Origin: Chloroflexota bacterium
Lineage (GTDB): Bacteria > Chloroflexota > Dehalococcoidia > JACPQF01
Length of the DNA stretch: 62,537 bases
Direction of reading: 5' to 3'
Assembly: GCA_016190625.1 (NCBI GenBank)
Contig: JACPQF010000075.1
Coordinates: forward strand, 1-62,537
Position numbers and translations under genes: made by a program. A model generated the notes under the pieces. It saw only the letters and a program-made list of their open reading frames with translations. It was not told the origin of the DNA and did no database searches. Position 1 is the first letter of the stretch; each line of letters opens with the position of its first letter. This document shows positions 43,355 through 54,197 of the stretch, piece by piece.

Positions 43355-45088
43355 CTACCTCCTCCCGAACTCCTTCTCAAGGAGGGAGGAGCTCAGGTGG
43401 ACCATCGTTGGCCTGCCGTGAGGACAAGTGCGGGGAAGGTTAGTCTTTTCCAGTTGCTTGATGAGCTCTCTCATCTCGTCGAGGGTGAGCGTCTGACCTG
43501 CCCGCACGGCGCCGTGGCAGGACAGGGTCATGGCCAGCTTTTCTTTCCACTCCAGAGTTGCCGAGCCCGCGCTTAGCTCGTCCAGAATCGCCACAAACGC
43601 GTCCTTGGGATTTGACTCCTGGAGAAGCCAGGGAACGGCGCGGAGAAGACAGGCGTTGCTGCCAAAGGCTTCTACCTCGAATCCGCCCGAGGCCAGGGTC
43701 GAAAGATTCGACTCAAGGCGATCGCCTTGGGAAGGGGTCAGCTCGACCAGCAGTGGCTCCAGCAGACCCTGTGACTGCACCCGGCTCTCCTCCAGTTGGC
43801 GCCTTATCTTCTCGAACAAGATCCGCTCGTGCGCCGTGTGCTGGTCGATCAGGTACATGCCGTCAGGACCCTCGGCGACCACGTAGGTTTCTCCCAGTTG
43901 ACCCACCACACGCAGTACCGGCAGCCCGCAAACGACTTCCTGAGTCTGTGGACTCCGGGCCTCAGCCCGGTCGTCCCTGCGATCCGTTGTCAAGCTGGTG
44001 GTCCAGCCTCCGGCATCAAAGGCAGCGGGCGGGGCGCTGGCCCCATCTTGGCGCCTGACCTCGGCCGGCAGATGCATTGCCGGCACCGACGACGAGCCGA
44101 CGATGACCGCCCGTATCGGCCTGTAGACCGCATCGAAGACCTCGTCCTCTCGCGTGAACTTGACCTCCCCCTTGGCCGGATGGACGTTCACGTCCACGTC
44201 GGTGGGCGGAAGCTCAACGTTGAGCACGACAACTGGGTGCCGGCCAACCTGCAGCATTCCCCGATAGGCTTCCTCCGTGGCAACGGCGATACGCCGGTTC
44301 TGAACCCAGCGCCGGTTGACAAACAGGCTGATGTAGGTGCGATTGTTTCTCGTGATAGATGGAGGGCTGACGCAGCCCCAAACCCGCACGCCATCTTTAT
44401 CCTCCCGGCTACGTCGGTCGATCTCGATCATCTGTTTGGCGGTTTCCAGACCGTAGAGTTGGGCAACGACGTCGAGAAGCTTGCCGCTCCCGGGAGCACG
44501 GAAGACGTCCCTGCCGTCTATGAGCAAGCTGAACCGCACCTGGGGATAGGCAAGGGCGTACTGCGTCACCAACTGGCTGATGTGGCTGACCTCCGTCGAA
44601 GACGCTTTCAGGAACTTGAGACGGGCGGGAACAGTAGCAAAGAGATGGCGCACGGTAACGGTAGTTCCCTCGGGGCAGCCCCGGCTGCCCTGCTCCACCA
44701 TCATTCCCCGCTTGAAGGCGACGTAGGTCCCGGCAAGCTCTGTTCTGGTTCGCGTCAACAGGGAGATTTCCGCCACGGCGATGATGCTGGGTAGCGCTTC
44801 ACCCCGGAAGCCCAAGGTATTCACGGACTGCAGATCCGCCAGGCCGGAGATCTTGCTCGTGGCGTGGCGCCGAAACGCCAGGTCCACCTCGTCCGCCGGA
44901 ATACCGCCGCCATCGTCGGTGACTCTGATGAGCTGGGTTCCCCCGCCTCTCACCTCTACCGTCACCTGCGTGGATCCCGCGTCCAACGAGTTCTCGACTA
45001 GCTCCTTGACGACCGAAGCAGGCCGCTCGATTACCTCGCCGGCGGCGATCTTCATGGCGACCTCTGGCTGCAGGACCCTGATTGGCAT
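43355..45088 (-). CDS. mutL: DNA mismatch repair protein MutL
   Basis: IAAGEVIERPASVVKELVENSLDAGS and GFRGEALPSI, with a C-terminal CPHGRP motif. Start taken at MPIRVL. Confidence 0.95.
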   Translation of the reverse strand: MPIRVLQPEVAMKIAAGEVIERPASVVKELVENSLDAGSTQVTVEVRGGGTQLIRVTDDGGGIPADEVDLAFRRHATSKISGLADLQSVNTLGFRGEALPSIIAVAEISLLTRTRTELAGTYVAFKRGMMVEQGSRGCPEGTTVTVRHLFATVPARLKFLKASSTEVSHISQLVTQYALAYPQVRFSLLIDGRDVFRAPGSGKLLDVVAQLYGLETAKQMIEIDRRSREDKDGVRVWGCVSPPSITRNNRTYISLFVNRRWVQNRRIAVATEEAYRGMLQVGRHPVVVLNVELPPTDVDVNVHPAKGEVKFTREDEVFDAVYRPIRAVIVGSSSVPAMHLPAEVRRQDGASAPPAAFDAGGWTTSLTTDRRDDRAEARSPQTQEVVCGLPVLRVVGQLGETYVVAEGPDGMYLIDQHTAHERILFEKIRRQLEESRVQSQGLLEPLLVELTPSQGDRLESNLSTLASGGFEVEAFGSNACLLRAVPWLLQESNPKDAFVAILDELSAGSATLEWKEKLAMTLSCHGAVRAGQTLTLDEMRELIKQLEKTNLPRTCPHGRPTMVHLSSSLLEKEFGRR

Positions 45089-45211
45089 CGCTCGGTTCCT
45101 CCAAGCCATATTATAACATAGTCGGGGCGTCCGGAGCCTCTGGCACCCTTCCTGCACTCTGTTGTTGGTCGTCATGCCCAGATCAGTTCCGGCAAAAGGA
45201 GGGATGACATC

Positions 45212-46414
45212 ATGCCGCGGCCAATTCTGGCCCTATTTGCCCTCTTCTTCGCTCTGGCCGCCTCCCCGGCCTATTCCCGGGGAGCCCCCGTTGGCCAGAG
45301 CTTCGTACGCGATGATAAGAGCTACAGCGACAGAATAACCCTAACGATGGTCGGGATGTCCGCCATTCCCAGAGACAAGATATACGAGGCCTGGCTGGTC
45401 ACCGATAACGGACTCGAGCAGAGCAGCCTAGGCAATCTCAAAGTGGAATCTGACGGCACGGTCAGACACAGCCTTACCAGAGACGAGAACTTCCTGGCAA
45501 GATACAACCGCGTGCGGATCAGCGTCGAGCCGCGAGGCAAGGAGGATCCCAAGCAAGCCGGCGAGACGGTGGTCGAAGGAGATATCCCGATGCCAGTCCT
45601 CGCCGAGCTTCGCCTGATGCTCGTCTTTTCTTCGGATGCGCCCGGCGGAACCGCCCTGGCCGTTGGCATTAGAACGCAGACGAGTCTGATGTTAAAGCAC
45701 ACCAACCTTGCGGCATCCGCTTTGGCCGGTGGCGACCTTGGCAAGGCCAAGGAGAACGCCGAAGCGGTTGTCAACGTCGTCGAGGGATCCAGAGGCCCCC
45801 AATACGGCGATCTAAACCAGGATAGCAGCATCCAGAACCCCGGCGATGGCTACGGCCTCCTCACCTACATCGACAAGCTCATAGAACACGCCGAGGCGTT
45901 GGCGAGCGCCGACGGCGCCACTTCCGACGTGGCAGCCAAGGTCAGGAGCGCCGAGGTCGCCGCCAACAACGTGGCCAACTGGGCCAAGGCCGGTAGAGAT
46001 GATGCGGCAATGCTGGTGCTCCAGGGCGACAGCCTCGACGCCGCCAAGCCCCTACTCGACAACATGACCAAGAACGGGATCGCCGCCTTGAATGGCCAAG
46101 ATGCCAACGACAACGGTCTGGTCGAGCCGATCGAAGGCGAAGGCGGGGCGACCACCGTTTATGCAACCGTCCAATCCATTGCCAGATACGACATGCACTC
46201 CGTCGATTCAGCGCCGTCAGGCGAGCAGACTGGAAACCAGACGAAGCAGGGTGAAAGCCATGCCGGAAGCAAGGCTGAGGGAGCCCTTTCGCCTGCGCCT
46301 TTAAATGCGGGCGTGATTCCCATAATCGCGGTCGGCCTGCTGGCAGGCGGACTGCTCTTCACTGTCCTCGCCCTGCTCTGGGCACGGTCACGGGAGAGCC
46401 TTATGCGGCAGTAG
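45212..46414 (+). CDS. hypothetical secreted protein with signal peptide and C-terminal TM anchor
   Basis: Signal-like LALFALFFALAASPAYS and C-terminal IPIIAVGLLAGGLLFTVLALLW. The N-terminal segment KIYEAWLVTDNG is faintly RskA-C-like. RBS AAGGAGGGA. Confidence 0.7.
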   Translation: MPRPILALFALFFALAASPAYSRGAPVGQSFVRDDKSYSDRITLTMVGMSAIPRDKIYEAWLVTDNGLEQSSLGNLKVESDGTVRHSLTRDENFLARYNRVRISVEPRGKEDPKQAGETVVEGDIPMPVLAELRLMLVFSSDAPGGTALAVGIRTQTSLMLKHTNLAASALAGGDLGKAKENAEAVVNVVEGSRGPQYGDLNQDSSIQNPGDGYGLLTYIDKLIEHAEALASADGATSDVAAKVRSAEVAANNVANWAKAGRDDAAMLVLQGDSLDAAKPLLDNMTKNGIAALNGQDANDNGLVEPIEGEGGATTVYATVQSIARYDMHSVDSAPSGEQTGNQTKQGESHAGSKAEGALSPAPLNAGVIPIIAVGLLAGGLLFTVLALLWARSRESLMRQ

Positions 46415-46537
46415 CCATCGTGCATGGCGGGCAGCCCACCGTCGGGGCTGTGCCCTGAACGCGCCTCGGTAGCGAGTCCGGCCGTCGACACGTCTGATGA
46501 CGTCAAGTAATGAGTAGCAGAGACGTGGCCAATCATG

Positions 46538-47203
46538 TCACAGCTCGATCTCCCTGATGTCTGTGGCCACGATAAGCTTCGGCTCCGTCACTGCCTGTAC
46601 TTCTTCCACGGTGTAGCCAGGGGCGATTTCCTTGAGAACCAATCCATCTTTCGTTACGTCGATCACTGCCAGGTCGGTGACGATCAAATCGACGCATTCT
46701 TTCGCCGTCAGCTCGTAGGTGCATTCCCTCAGTATCTTCGGCTCACCTTCCTTGGTCGTGTGCTCCATCACGACGATTAGCCTCTTGGCACCCACGGCGA
46801 TATCCATTCCCCCACCGACGTTCCCCACTCCCCGGCGGGGATTGAGCCAGTTGGCCAGGTCGCCTCTCTCCGAGACCTGCAGGCCGCCTAAGACGGCCAC
46901 GTCCAGATGTCCTCCCCTGACAATGGCGAAAGAAAGAGCCGAGTCGAAGAAAGAGATGCCGGGCATTAGAGTAATAAACTGGCCACCGGCATTTATCAGG
47001 TTTATGTCGTACTCCGCGGGGTCACTGGCGAGCGGGCCAAAGCCAATGGCGCCGTTTTCGGTGTGGAACAGCACGGTTCTTCCCTCCGGCACGAAGTCGG
47101 AGGCTAGAGTGGGGATGCCGATCCCAAGGTTTACAATGTCACCATCCTGAAATTCCTTGGCTACCCTCAGGGCCATGGTCGTCCGCTCGAGTCTAGCCTT
47201 CAT
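46538..47203 (-). CDS. scoB: 3-oxoacid CoA-transferase subunit B
   Basis: NLGIGIP, ENG and SERGDLANW motifs. ATGA overlap with subunit A. Confidence 0.9.
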   Translation of the reverse strand: MKARLERTTMALRVAKEFQDGDIVNLGIGIPTLASDFVPEGRTVLFHTENGAIGFGPLASDPAEYDINLINAGGQFITLMPGISFFDSALSFAIVRGGHLDVAVLGGLQVSERGDLANWLNPRRGVGNVGGGMDIAVGAKRLIVVMEHTTKEGEPKILRECTYELTAKECVDLIVTDLAVIDVTKDGLVLKEIAPGYTVEEVQAVTEPKLIVATDIREIEL

Positions 47204-47925
47204 TGGTCACCTTCCCTTGTCCTCTTGACAATACGCTTCACAAACACGCCGGGAGTAACGATGGCTTCCGAGTCAAGCCCGCCCGGCTCCACAATCTCGT
47301 CGACTTCGACGATCGTGACGTTGGCCGCTGTGGCCATGATTGGATTGAAATGGCGAGAGGTCATGTTGTAGATGAGGTTTCCATAGGTGTCGGCTCGGAG
47401 CGCCCTGATCAGGGCAAAGTCGGCCCGGAGCGGCTTTTCGAAGATGTACTCCTCCCCATCGATCACCCTGTGCTCCTTGCCCACAGCCATGCGGGTGCCC
47501 ACGCCTGTGCGCGTGAAGAATCCCCCGATGCCTGCGCCACCGGCCCGAATTCGCTCCGCAAGAGTTCCCTGCGGCACCACCTCCAGCTCGGCTTTGCCTT
47601 CGAGATAGAGCTTCTCGAAGGCTGTGGGACGGGAGGACGACGGAGACACGGGAAAGGAGGCGATTGCCTTGCTTACCTGTCCGTTTTCCACCAGCATCGT
47701 CACGTTTGGGAAGGACAAAGCTGTAGCAGTCTTGGGCACGCCGGGTTCCGGATCGAAGCCGTACATGCCGACGCTATTGGAGATGATGGTCAGATTCTTA
47801 GCCCCCTGGTCGCGAAGGGCAACCAGCAACTGACTCGGCGCGCCGCCCGGCCCGCCGAAGGAAGCCACCATCATAGTAGCGCCGTCGCGAATGTCTTTCA
47901 CCGCCTCTGCGCAGTTTCTCCACAC
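47200..47925 (-). CDS. scoA: 3-oxoacid CoA-transferase subunit A
   Basis: AVKDIRDGATMMVASFGGPGGAP and EVVPQGTLAERIRAGGAGI. GTG start. A rare CTG start nearer the RBS cannot be excluded. Confidence 0.9.
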   Translation of the reverse strand: MWRNCAEAVKDIRDGATMMVASFGGPGGAPSQLLVALRDQGAKNLTIISNSVGMYGFDPEPGVPKTATALSFPNVTMLVENGQVSKAIASFPVSPSSSRPTAFEKLYLEGKAELEVVPQGTLAERIRAGGAGIGGFFTRTGVGTRMAVGKEHRVIDGEEYIFEKPLRADFALIRALRADTYGNLIYNMTSRHFNPIMATAANVTIVEVDEIVEPGGLDSEAIVTPGVFVKRIVKRTREGDQ

Positions 47926-48142
47926 TTTGTTGATTGCCAGCGCCGTTCACCTCCTTAGTTTGGATGGAGCGTCACTTCTCGGTGTCCGGCCCCTCTGTCG
48001 CCACCGCCATGCCAGGCGGTTGGCCGGAGTTCCCGTGGAACCAGAACCTCCCACACGAGCTTGCAGCAGCCCATGAAGAAGTTGATGGCAGTTCCTGCTA
48101 TGGCCCAAGACGCCTATCCTTAGGCCACCGTGGGAGGCGAGG

Positions 48143-48559
48143 TCACGGCTTGCCGAGCGGGCGAAACTTGGGTAGAGCGAACTCAGCCGTAATATCCTCG
48201 AACGCCACTTCTACCGGCATACCAATGTCTATCTCGTCAAGCGGGCACGCAATAATGTTCGTCAGCATGCGTGGCCCCTCTGCCAGCTCAACTATGGCCA
48301 CCGCGTAAGGAACGATACCCGCGAAAAACGCTCCGTAAGCCTGGTGAAAAACGACCCATGAGTAGATGGTTCCTTTCCCACTCATCGACGCCCACTCGGA
48401 GTTCTCGGAATAACACTTGGGGCAGATGACGCTGGCCGGATAGCGAACGTGGCCACAGTCGAGACATTTCTGCATACGAAGCTCATGCTTCCGACAATGC
48501 TCCCAGAATGGAGCAGTGTCGATAGTAGGAGTTGGCAACGGTCCGGCGTACTCAGTCAT
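48143..48559 (-). CDS. DUF35 Zn-ribbon/OB-fold protein
   Basis: MQKCLDCGHVRYPASVICPKC. RBS AAAGGAGG before ATG 48559. Confidence 0.85.
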   Translation of the reverse strand: MTEYAGPLPTPTIDTAPFWEHCRKHELRMQKCLDCGHVRYPASVICPKCYSENSEWASMSGKGTIYSWVVFHQAYGAFFAGIVPYAVAIVELAEGPRMLTNIIACPLDEIDIGMPVEVAFEDITAEFALPKFRPLGKP

Positions 48560-48601
48560 TTCTGCCTCCTTTCTGTTCATAGTATCCCCCGGTTCGGGGG
48601 G

Positions 48602-49735
48602 TCAACGCCGTAAGATCAGCGTAGCGTGGGTGGTGAGTATGCCGCCTTGGCTGCTGGCGATGGCGATTTCGGCATTGTTGACCTGTCTCGGGCCGCACTC
48701 GCCACGCAGTTGGCGTACCGCCTCGACGAGCAACAGCATCCCCGGCATACCGCTCTCGGATAGCAGGCCCCCCGCCGTGTTGCATGGTAGCTCGCCGCCG
48801 AGTTCTATGCGCCCATTCTGGACAAACGATCCCCCCTCGCCCTTCTTGCAGAAGCCGTAGTCTTCCAGCGTAACGAGCGCGGTATAGGTGAAGCAGTCAT
48901 AGATCTCGGCCAGGTCGATATCCTTCGGGGACACGCCGGCCATCTTGAACGCCATCTCGCCAGAGCGCTTGGCGCCGGTAACGGTCAGGCTCTCCCTCTG
49001 AGCGATGTCCCACGCTGGGTGCGCCTGTCCCCAACCCATCACGTAAACCGGCTTCTTGTTCAGCGTTTTCGCTCGCTCGGCAGAGGTTACAACTACCGCC
49101 GCGCCTCCATCTGAGACGAGGCAGCAATCGAGCAGATGGAAAGGCTCGACTACCCAACGGGATCTCTGATGATCTTCCAGCGTTATGGGCTTCTGCATCT
49201 GGGCATTGCGATTCATTGAGGCATGCTTGCGGAAAGCAACGGCGATAGCGCCCAGTTGCTCACTTGTGGTGCCATACTCTTTCATGTGACGTCTTGCGGC
49301 CATTGCGTATCCGGCAGGCGCGCCGACGAAGCCAAAGGCGGCGTCGTCACTATTTACCCTGCCGTAGGTTCCGGGCGGTCCTGTTAGCGGATTATCCCCA
49401 TAGCTGCATACCACAGTGGTCGCCAGGCCGGCGTCGATGGCCATGGCAGCATACTGAACCATTGTACCGATTGTCGCACCAGCTAGGTCGATAACCGCCA
49501 TCAGCTTGTTCGTGATTCCTAGGGCCTGACATAGTTTTCCAGAGAAGAGCGAACTAAAGCCTGAGGTCGGATACTTCACCAGAACGCCGTCCACGTCCTC
49601 GCGTGTCAAACCGGCATCTTCCAACGCCGCCTTGATTGCTAGCACGTTAAAACCTATCGAGCTGACGCCGGGTACCTTCCCCAGCTTAGTATGCCCCACA
49701 CCAACAATAGCATATTTGTCTCCTAGGGAGCCCAT
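48602..49735 (-). CDS. thiolase-like protein (SCP-x / lipid-transfer-protein type)
   Basis: YAIVGVGHTKLGK, LLDCCLVSDGGAAVVV and NTAGGLLSESGMPG. Confidence 0.85.
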   Translation of the reverse strand: MGSLGDKYAIVGVGHTKLGKVPGVSSIGFNVLAIKAALEDAGLTREDVDGVLVKYPTSGFSSLFSGKLCQALGITNKLMAVIDLAGATIGTMVQYAAMAIDAGLATTVVCSYGDNPLTGPPGTYGRVNSDDAAFGFVGAPAGYAMAARRHMKEYGTTSEQLGAIAVAFRKHASMNRNAQMQKPITLEDHQRSRWVVEPFHLLDCCLVSDGGAAVVVTSAERAKTLNKKPVYVMGWGQAHPAWDIAQRESLTVTGAKRSGEMAFKMAGVSPKDIDLAEIYDCFTYTALVTLEDYGFCKKGEGGSFVQNGRIELGGELPCNTAGGLLSESGMPGMLLLVEAVRQLRGECGPRQVNNAEIAIASSQGGILTTHATLILRR

Positions 49736-49749
49736 TGCCACTTCCTTTC

Positions 49750-50523
49750 TCATCTCCCTTTCCAAACAGGCTTTCGCTTGGCCTTAAATGCTTCACGTCC
49801 CTCGACGGCATCCTCGGTTTCCTGCAAGAGGCTGCCAAGAAACCCTTCGAGCTTGATGCCTTCGTTCAGCGTCAGGTCATAACCCTTTATCGCAGCCTCC
49901 TTGATCGCCCGCACAGCTAAGGGGGGGCAATCGAGCAACCTCCGGGCGTAATCGAGGGCGGTGGGCATTAGTTCCTCCTTGGGCACGATCTTGTTTAACA
50001 TGCCCAGACGATAGGCTGCCTGAGCGTCAATACGGTCGCCGATGAGGAGGAGTTCCATAGCCAGGGGATAGGGTAACTGACGAATGGCCCGCTGGGTACC
50101 ACCGTTTCCTGGGAGGATGCCGCGCTTGACTTCTGAAAGGCCGAAGGTGGCGTGCTCGGCCGCGACGCGGATGTCACAAGCAAACAGCAGAGTAAGCCCG
50201 CCGCCCAGACAGTAGCCGTTCACGGCGGCGATCACCGGCTTGAACACGTCTAGGCCGCGGTTCAGAATGGGGAAAGGCGGGCGAATGAAGTAAGCTTCGG
50301 ACGGGCTCATGCGCCCGAAATTCGTCTTGAGGTCCGCCCCCGCCGAAAAGGCCCGATCCCCGGCGCCGGTGATGACCGCCACCCACATGTCCGGATCGTC
50401 GCGGAAGTCGACCCAGGCCTCCGAAATGCGCTGGTACATGTCCGGATCCATGGCGTTCATGGCCTCCGGCCGATTCATGGTAAGGAAAGCAATGTGGTCT
50501 TTTTTCTCGTAGATTAGTCCCAT
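49750..50523 (-). CDS. enoyl-CoA hydratase/isomerase (crotonase) family protein
   Basis: AFLTMNRPEAMNAM, VITGAGDRAFSAGADL and AAVNGYCLGGG. The track start at 50790 is over-extended. Confidence 0.9.
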   Translation of the reverse strand: MGLIYEKKDHIAFLTMNRPEAMNAMDPDMYQRISEAWVDFRDDPDMWVAVITGAGDRAFSAGADLKTNFGRMSPSEAYFIRPPFPILNRGLDVFKPVIAAVNGYCLGGGLTLLFACDIRVAAEHATFGLSEVKRGILPGNGGTQRAIRQLPYPLAMELLLIGDRIDAQAAYRLGMLNKIVPKEELMPTALDYARRLLDCPPLAVRAIKEAAIKGYDLTLNEGIKLEGFLGSLLQETEDAVEGREAFKAKRKPVWKGR

Positions 50524-50548
50524 GGTTCCGCCTTTCCTATTGCTAGTC

Positions 50549-51700
50549 CTAGTCGCGAAGCAAGTTGCGCGCGATGATGAACCGGTGAATCTCCGAAGGG
50601 CCCTCCCCGATTCGCATGACCCGAGCCTCACGATACCATCTCTCCAGAATGAGATCCTTCGATACCCCAAGACCGCCGTGAATCTGAATTGCCCTGTCGA
50701 CCACACGTCCGACCATCTCCGTGGAATAGACCTTGGCGATGGAGGCCTCGCTGCGCACGTCTTCGCCTCTCTCCGCCTTGAAGGCGGCATCCCAAGTGAG
50801 CCAGCGGGCTGCCCGCAGTTCTATTTCCGAATCAACCAGCATCCACTGGACCGCCTGCCGTTCGGCTAACAATCGGCCAAAGGTGGTCCTCTGCTTGGAG
50901 TAATCGATGGCCATCTTAAGGCTTCGCGACGCCATACCAAGCGGACGGGCGGCGTAGGTGATGCGGCCGTGAGTGAGGAAGTCCTGTGCCAGCATGAAGC
51001 CACGGCCAACTTCGCCTAGCCGGTTGGCATCCGGCACCACACAGTCCTCTAACACCAACTCGGAAGGATAGAGAGGCCTTATCACCTCCACGAGTCGGGC
51101 GACCTTGAATCCCGGCGTGCCTTTGTCGACCAAAAAGCAGGTTACGCCGTTCCGACCGGTGGTCCCGGGGATTCGCGCGAAGATCATGACGAAGTCGGCC
51201 TTATCACCCCCGGTGATGAAGATCTTGGTGCCGTTTAGGATCCAGTTGTCGCCATCTCTCACGGCGGTGGTGGCCAGCATCGAGGGATCGGCGCCCGCCC
51301 CGGGTTCGGTTTGGCCGAAAGCGGATTTCTTCTCGCCACGAATTGAAGGATAAAGGTAATGCTCCTTCTGGTCTTCGGTGCTTTCGTAGAGGGCCGCCGG
51401 TATGTCGCCACCGAATATGGGAGTGGAGGTGCCGGTGAGTACCCAGAGGCAGTGTCCCATCTCCTCGCCCACGATCACCTGCCCGAAGAGGCCAATACCC
51501 GGTCCGCCGAACTCCTCCGGAACGTCAAGGCACCACAGGCCCATCTCCTTAGCCATACCCTGCAGTCGGCCGATATGTGGCTCGGGAATCTCCACCGTGT
51601 CGACGGGCAACTCCTTTTCCAACGGGATGACCTCGCTATAGACGAAGCGCCTCACCGTGTCGCGCAGCATCTTCAACTCTTCCGGGATTTCGAAAGCCAT
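50549..51700 (-). CDS. acyl-CoA dehydrogenase
   Basis: FGQTEPGAGADPS, ITGG and IHGGLGVSKDLILERWYREARVMRIGEGPSEI. Confidence 0.9.
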   Translation of the reverse strand: MAFEIPEELKMLRDTVRRFVYSEVIPLEKELPVDTVEIPEPHIGRLQGMAKEMGLWCLDVPEEFGGPGIGLFGQVIVGEEMGHCLWVLTGTSTPIFGGDIPAALYESTEDQKEHYLYPSIRGEKKSAFGQTEPGAGADPSMLATTAVRDGDNWILNGTKIFITGGDKADFVMIFARIPGTTGRNGVTCFLVDKGTPGFKVARLVEVIRPLYPSELVLEDCVVPDANRLGEVGRGFMLAQDFLTHGRITYAARPLGMASRSLKMAIDYSKQRTTFGRLLAERQAVQWMLVDSEIELRAARWLTWDAAFKAERGEDVRSEASIAKVYSTEMVGRVVDRAIQIHGGLGVSKDLILERWYREARVMRIGEGPSEIHRFIIARNLLRD

Positions 51701-51711
51701 AACGTCTCCTT

Positions 51712-52962
51712 TCACAATGGTTCATCGCCGATGACCCCTTCTCGCCTCAAAGCGTCTCGTTCCTCACGCGACAGGCCTAAGATTTCGCCGAGTACGAAGT
51801 CGTTATGCTCGGCGAAAAGAGGCGGCGGCCGATGGATGCTTCCCGCGGTCTTGCTCAGCTTCCAAGCAACCCCCGGATAGGGGTAGGTTCCGGTGGCGGA
51901 ATGGAAAACGTTCTCAAAATAGCCACGGGAGACAAAATGCGGATTCGCCAGGATCTGCCTGATATTGAGGACGGCCGCGGCGGGAACCCCCGCTTCTTGG
52001 AGGATATGCATCACTTCGTCGTTGTCATGGCGTCGAGTCCATTCGTCTACCAGTTGGTCGAGATCGTCACCGTGGCGCCAGCGACTACTGGCACCAGTAA
52101 ACCGGTTGTCCTGCGCCAACCCAGGCTTGTCCATAGCCCGACAGAAGGCCTGCCATTCCTGGTCGTCGCTTACGGCGATGGCGACCCAGTTATCCTCGCC
52201 CTTGCAGCGATAGCAACCATGAGGCGCCATAGATGGATGGCGGTTTCCCTCCCGGCGCTGGACGCGGCCATTCATCGTGTAGTCCATGACTGCGTCGCCG
52301 AACATTTGGATGAGACTCTCGCGCAGGGACAGATCCACATATTGCCCCCGTCCCGTTTTGTTTCGGTATCGGATCGCCGCCAATAGGGCAAATGCGGCAA
52401 ACATACCCCCCGTAGGGTCGCCATAGGCAATGCCAGGCTTGAGAGGCGCCCCGTCAGCATAGCCTGTTAGGTCGGAGCATAAGGCCATTGCTTCGGTGCC
52501 CGTTCCATAGGTTACATAATCCCGATAGGGCCCCGACATGCCATAGCCGGGCATGGACACCATAACGAGGTCTGGCTTGATCGCACGCAGGGTTCCATAG
52601 TCGAGGCCGAAGTTTTTCATCACACGGGCGCTGTAGTTCTCGACCACCGCGTCGCTTACCTTCACCAGCTTGTTGAATACCTCTTTGCCCGTCGCATGAG
52701 TTAGGTCCAGAGTGATGGCATACTTGCTCCGGTTGAGCTCGTTGTAGTAGGCACCCCTGTTGTAGGGTTCGTCCCCTGGCTTGTCGTCGGGAAACATGCC
52801 TGTACCGGGGGCAACCGGTCCGTGGGGCCTGTCACATCGCACGCAGGACTCGATCTTAATGACCTCTGCCCCCATATCGGCGAGCAACTTCGTCGCATAG
52901 GGCCCGGCAAATACCTGCGTCAGATCTGCGATTCGCAACCCCTCAAGAGCCAGCCTAGGCAC
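51712..52962 (-). CDS. family III CoA-transferase (CaiB/BaiF family)
   Basis: LEGLRIADLTQVFAGPYATKLLADMGAEVIKIE. Confidence 0.9.
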   Translation of the reverse strand: MPRLALEGLRIADLTQVFAGPYATKLLADMGAEVIKIESCVRCDRPHGPVAPGTGMFPDDKPGDEPYNRGAYYNELNRSKYAITLDLTHATGKEVFNKLVKVSDAVVENYSARVMKNFGLDYGTLRAIKPDLVMVSMPGYGMSGPYRDYVTYGTGTEAMALCSDLTGYADGAPLKPGIAYGDPTGGMFAAFALLAAIRYRNKTGRGQYVDLSLRESLIQMFGDAVMDYTMNGRVQRREGNRHPSMAPHGCYRCKGEDNWVAIAVSDDQEWQAFCRAMDKPGLAQDNRFTGASSRWRHGDDLDQLVDEWTRRHDNDEVMHILQEAGVPAAAVLNIRQILANPHFVSRGYFENVFHSATGTYPYPGVAWKLSKTAGSIHRPPPLFAEHNDFVLGEILGLSREERDALRREGVIGDEPL

Positions 52963-53009
52963 TCTATTCCACCTTCCCCAAATAATCGAGAGTCCTTCTC
53001 TATCCTACC

Positions 53010-54197
53010 TCACACCACTCCCAACTCCCCTAGTCTCACTAAATCATCCTCCGCATATCCCAAACGCCCACCCAGAGTCTCGGTTGTGTGCTCCCCCAGA
53101 AGAGGGGCTCGTCCCGCCTGCCAGGGTGTCTCGCTCATCTTAAACGGCGCTCCCGGGTAGAAGATGGGGCCCGTCACCGGGTGATGGATCTCGGCGAAGA
53201 AGTCGCGACTGCTGAACTGAGGGTCGTCGAGCAGCTCGTCGACGCGGCAAACTATGGCAAATGGCAGACGCCAGAGCTGGGCCATAGCGAAGATCTCCTG
53301 CTTGTTGTGCTGCATTAGCCACGGCAGGATGAGGGCGTCGATCTCGTCGGCGTGCACTCTCGGCGCCTTTTGCAACTCCTCGTCCAACAGGCGTGGCTCG
53401 TCTACAAAAGCCGCCAGGCGCTCCCACTCATGAACTGCGCCGTGCACATGGACGTAGCCATCTTTGCAGGGCAAGATCGTCGACGGATAGGCGACGTGAT
53501 GGCGAGCTCCATTGCGAGTTCTGATCTGGCCAGTGTAGTTGTGCATCATGGTTGTGGCTTCCATTATCGAGGTTATGCATTCGACCACCGCGATGTCCAC
53601 GTGCTGGCCAATGCCCGAGACATCGCGACAGTAAAGGGCGGTTAACGTGGCTACGGCGGCGTTAAGGCCGGCCTGCATCTCGGCCTGCGAACCGCCCGTT
53701 TTTAGCGGCTCCCGCTCTGGGAGGCCGGTAACGTGCATTAGACCACCAAGGGCGAGGGCAATCATGTCCGAGCCTTTGTAGTCGCGGTAAGGCCCTGTTT
53801 GTCCAAAATAGGAGATGGAAGTGACAATGATGTCGGGTTTAATTGCCTCCAGATCCTCGTAGCCCAGGCCTAGGCTGGTCATGACGCCGGGAGAAGAGCT
53901 TTCCACCACTATGTCGGCCTGTTTGACTAGCTTCTTGAAGATACTGGCGCCGGTTTGGCAGGCAATGTCGAGGGTTAGGCTCTTCTTATTGGTATTGAGG
54001 AAGAGGAAGGTCCCACTGCGCTCCGGCCCCGGATGATCCTCGAGACAAGGGCCGAGGCGGCGCGTCGGCTCGCCTGAGAGGGGTTCCACCTTAATCACTT
54101 CGGCACCAAAATCGGCCAGCAATTTGGTGCAAAAAGCCCCCGAGATACCCTGGCTGAGGTCGAGAACCAGCATACCAGTTAGAGCCTGATCATGCAC
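53010..54197 (-). CDS. family III CoA-transferase (CaiB/BaiF family)
   Basis: LTGMLVLDLSQGISGAFCTKLLADFGAEVIKVE. GTG 54197 with GGGAGGG 6 nt upstream. The track start at 54341 is over-extended. Confidence 0.85.
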   Translation of the reverse strand: MHDQALTGMLVLDLSQGISGAFCTKLLADFGAEVIKVEPLSGEPTRRLGPCLEDHPGPERSGTFLFLNTNKKSLTLDIACQTGASIFKKLVKQADIVVESSSPGVMTSLGLGYEDLEAIKPDIIVTSISYFGQTGPYRDYKGSDMIALALGGLMHVTGLPEREPLKTGGSQAEMQAGLNAAVATLTALYCRDVSGIGQHVDIAVVECITSIMEATTMMHNYTGQIRTRNGARHHVAYPSTILPCKDGYVHVHGAVHEWERLAAFVDEPRLLDEELQKAPRVHADEIDALILPWLMQHNKQEIFAMAQLWRLPFAIVCRVDELLDDPQFSSRDFFAEIHHPVTGPIFYPGAPFKMSETPWQAGRAPLLGEHTTETLGGRLGYAEDDLVRLGELGVV